Shown here: in pieces, positions 60,894-64,000 of the stretch | Position numbering within the stretch: position 1 is the stretch's first letter | Layout: the number at the start of each line of letters is the position of its first letter | Assembly (NCBI GenBank): GCA_965644265.1 | Contig: OZ286459.1 | Location: 27,342,001 to 27,406,000 of the forward strand | DNA from: Glycera tridactyla | Lineage: Eukaryota | DNA: 64,000 nt | Direction: 5' to 3' | The notes under the pieces: model-generated | Databases searched by the model: none | Seen by the model: the letters and a program-made list of their open reading frames with translations, nothing else | What the model was told of the DNA's origin: nothing | Position numbers and translations under genes: made by a program

Positions 60894-63744
60894 CCAGACA
60901 AGCAAAAGTGCTTCAAGCATGAAGAGTTCTGTCATAGAGAGGTGAACTTGCTCTGAAGGTCAGATCTGCACCTAGGTCATCCATCAATATAAGCCATTCT
61001 CAAGCAAGAGAAATGAGGGCATTTTCTATTATAAACCATTCTGCAGCTGCCATCTATTTACAAATGGTCTCTCCGAAAAGCCTTGCCTGTTTCAGCAGTT
61101 TTGAATACAAAATACTTGATTTGTCCATTGTAGTTTATTGTTCAATGAGTATTTACAAAATATTGTTGATTATTGTTTTCAATAACGGTCAGAAATGATC
61201 ACAGTATGATGTACCAAAAAAATAAATGTAGAGCACCAAATTATTTCATCTGTTCATATACAAATTGATAAAGTATGGAGCACAAATGATTTCATTTGTA
61301 CACATTTATGAGCACAATTTCATGGTGGTAGAGAGGATGTCAATTTATGGCGAACAAAGACGAGTAAATGTGGCTGTCAAAAGCACTGAGAGTGGGTGCG
61401 GAGTTATAGGTGAGCCTTATGCAGTATTCAGCGATCACATGGTGCGAGCGGGGCATATATCTCATAGTAAAATATTAAATGTCACCCGTTCACACATTGT
61501 GCCTGCATTACCACGCTCGCTTATTAGATTAGCATAAACTCCGAAGTGTGAGCTGCCAGTTGACTCGACCTGGCAGCACATTGCTCATGTCACCGGCCAG
61601 ATGCCCGCCCTGCCATGTTCGCACTGCCAAGATAGATATGCTCGCGAGCACGAGCAAACACTATCGCCACCACTCTGTGCTCACAAGTAGCCAAATTTGC
61701 ACCGAGCTGGTCAACAGAAATAAATCGTGCAGGTCACGGAGAATAATTGCCCCGTCATGACTGATCATAAAGCAGTCAGCGGCCATTTTGTCCCCGTGAT
61801 CTTGCGCTCGTAATATTTATTCACAATCAGCGATGAATCCTCGCCGGAGTAATATACAACTATCAGTGGTAACTCAATTGTTACGGTGACAGGCGAATAA
61901 TGCTAGCGCTGGGTCACAGGTAGCGACTGGACAATAACCCACACCATCCGCTTTAGATGAATGCGCCAATTACCTCCATCAAGATTGGCTTATGTTCTCT
62001 TAGATGAATAACCTAATTATCTGCAATCTTATTGGCCAATTTTTCTTCCAGGATGAATGATGCAATTATGACCTAATTCTACTGCACTCATTTGGTTAGA
62101 CCCAATTATCAACCTTGTGATTGGTTTATGCTCTAGCCAACCCATTCACAGAGCCAGCTGGACCAGAACAACACCATCTGTTCAGGCGCAGCCGAATCCA
62201 TAGACCAGCTTGGCCATATCCATCCCTTCTTGACCAAACACAATGACTTATTCCTAGCTACTATTCCTCCCTGCAACTGCTGGAGCAGAACAATACTGCA
62301 GTAGCCAGTAGCCCGACGAAGGACTGCAGATGCATTTTGAAAGCTTCAAGAAAGATCAAAATCCAATTCGGACTCTTGTTTTCATTTTTCTTCCTCCTGA
62401 ACAAGAGTAAAAAAGGTGGGCAACCAGGGAATTGAAATATAAATAACAAATACACAGATTCCAGTTTCTCATCATATTTTTGGGCTTTTGTGATTTGGCA
62501 AAAGCAGAAATTGACACATCAAATAGAAAGGCATCTAACAGATGCACAAGATGAATTTTATTCGGGTAAATTGGTTTCTTGTTCTACCTTACTAATAACA
62601 GTGAATGCATACTACATCACTGGAACGAATAAAATGGGACGCAAACATGAACTTCAAAGACGGGCATTTTAGTCGCAAATTCTCAAATGTTCCATCATCA
62701 AACGAGATTGAACAACTGGAGTTCGTCATTAAGAAAATTTCATCAGACTCGTGGCAACAGGTGAAACATTTCAGTTGTATCACAAAATACCGAAAATGGC
62801 CAATCATCGGGGTAAATTCCGCGATAAATCAGAATAAAATATCAAAACGTTGGAAGATAATCTCAGGTCGTGTCATTCTAGCCGTTGTTCCGACTGCATC
62901 AACTCGATTTGAAACGGTCATATTTCCCACTGTAATGAAATTATGACGCTGCAATATTTATTGTCAATCGGTGAGTAACATGGCGCATCTCCGATGTTGA
63001 GTCAAGAGTTCAAATGTTTCGACATCGTTCATACGTATCAGATCCGGTAACAAATTGGCTCGGATGGCAACAAGAGAAATGCAAAGTGAATTAAACGACC
63101 GTCATCACGGCCACTTTTCTCGCTCAAATCATCGAGCAAGTGTCCGCTCTCTTGTCGTGATTCTCTTTCGGAGAGAAATAGGAATCGAGTCGCGATACTT
63201 CGCTGAAATAGGTCCCCAACTGCTGGGGGCGAGTAGAATGCTAGAAAACTTGATTAGGCCACCTAATACCCAACTTCATCAGATTTGATGAAGTGAAGCC
63301 ACGATGTTGAGTCGAATAAAGGCCGGCTCAAATTGACACTGACAATTGGACATAAACAGAACAATTAGGCCTAAACTTTTCGACCCGATTCTCCCAGAGC
63401 TGCACCCTTAGTGACCATTCAATAAATTCCTTGATTAGATTAGCATCAATTGTATCATGTTATTCACCTAGATTGAACACAATGAAGCATTAATACTCTA
63501 TACCATGAATTTCAATAAAGCCCAAAACATGGATCAGGCGACAATGATGTGCTGGGGGTTATGTGAAATATTGTGATGTGAAGGAAAATTTCATTACAAA
63601 CGCCATAATAATCATGATTCACTGATCTCCCATTCATATGAATGGCATATTTTTGCAACCATTATGGGCATTACATTTCGAGATTGGGAAATGATATCAT
63701 CATGCAAAGATATGCTGGGGATAATAATGAACAGTTGTAGGTAC

Positions 63745-63926
63745 TACAGTGAAACCTGTCTTGGGATACTCCTCTTTTGAGAGACCACCCTCTAATGGAA
63801 GACCGCTCTTTATTGGCTCTTCTCTATTCAACATAGTTAAATATACCTCCAATGAGAGACCACCTGTCTTGAGAGACCGCTTTTTGTTGGCGTTCGGGGC
63901 AGTTTCCCAAGACAGGTTTTACTGTA
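63745..63926. mobile_element. MITE related to family M (distinct subfamily, copy 9)
   Basis: tacagtgaaacctgtcttggga...tcccaagacaggttttactgta TIRs; gagaccacc subrepeats. Confidence 0.78.
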
Positions 63927-64000
63927 TAGTCATATCAATATGTAGCTTCACAAAGCAACCATGATACATCCAGACCTAAATGTCTCAAAAATGTGGTCTC

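Noticed and set aside
62261-62455. Minus-strand ORF ending MHLQSFVGLLATAVLFCSSSCREE* (signal-peptide-like)
   Set aside because: Stops after 24 aa from the internal Met; no good donor and no recognisable homology.

Overview
Eukaryotic (animal, probably marine invertebrate/lophotrochozoan; species not determinable) genomic DNA with three assembly gaps. The window is dominated by one minus-strand, multi-exon gene for a two-RRM RNA-binding protein of the couch potato / MEC-8 / RBPMS family. I reconstructed it by hand from GT-AG exons at 57741-57664, (55201-55148 or 55071-55018), 47303-47241, 41147-41009, 35320-35184, 24099-23864, 20825-20756, 17718-17611 and 16557-16495. Splice phases are all compatible and give a 315-aa open frame; the start-codon exon was not confidently found. 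The most notable observation is a tandemly duplicated 54-nt exon pair ([18 protein letters not shown] / [18 protein letters not shown]) only 76 nt apart. It encodes strand beta2 and the beta2-beta3 loop of RRM1 and looks like mutually exclusive exons. CAC/GCAC clusters (the motif this family binds) flank that pair and several cryptic stop-containing acceptors, suggesting splicing autoregulation (inference). The rest is intron/UTR with a CR1-like LINE 3' fragment, a (CAAA)n-tailed SINE-like family (8 copies), a TA-flanked MITE family (9 copies), HINE/Helentron-like elements, microsatellites and some unexplained hairpins. Most short ORFs in the supplied track look spurious.
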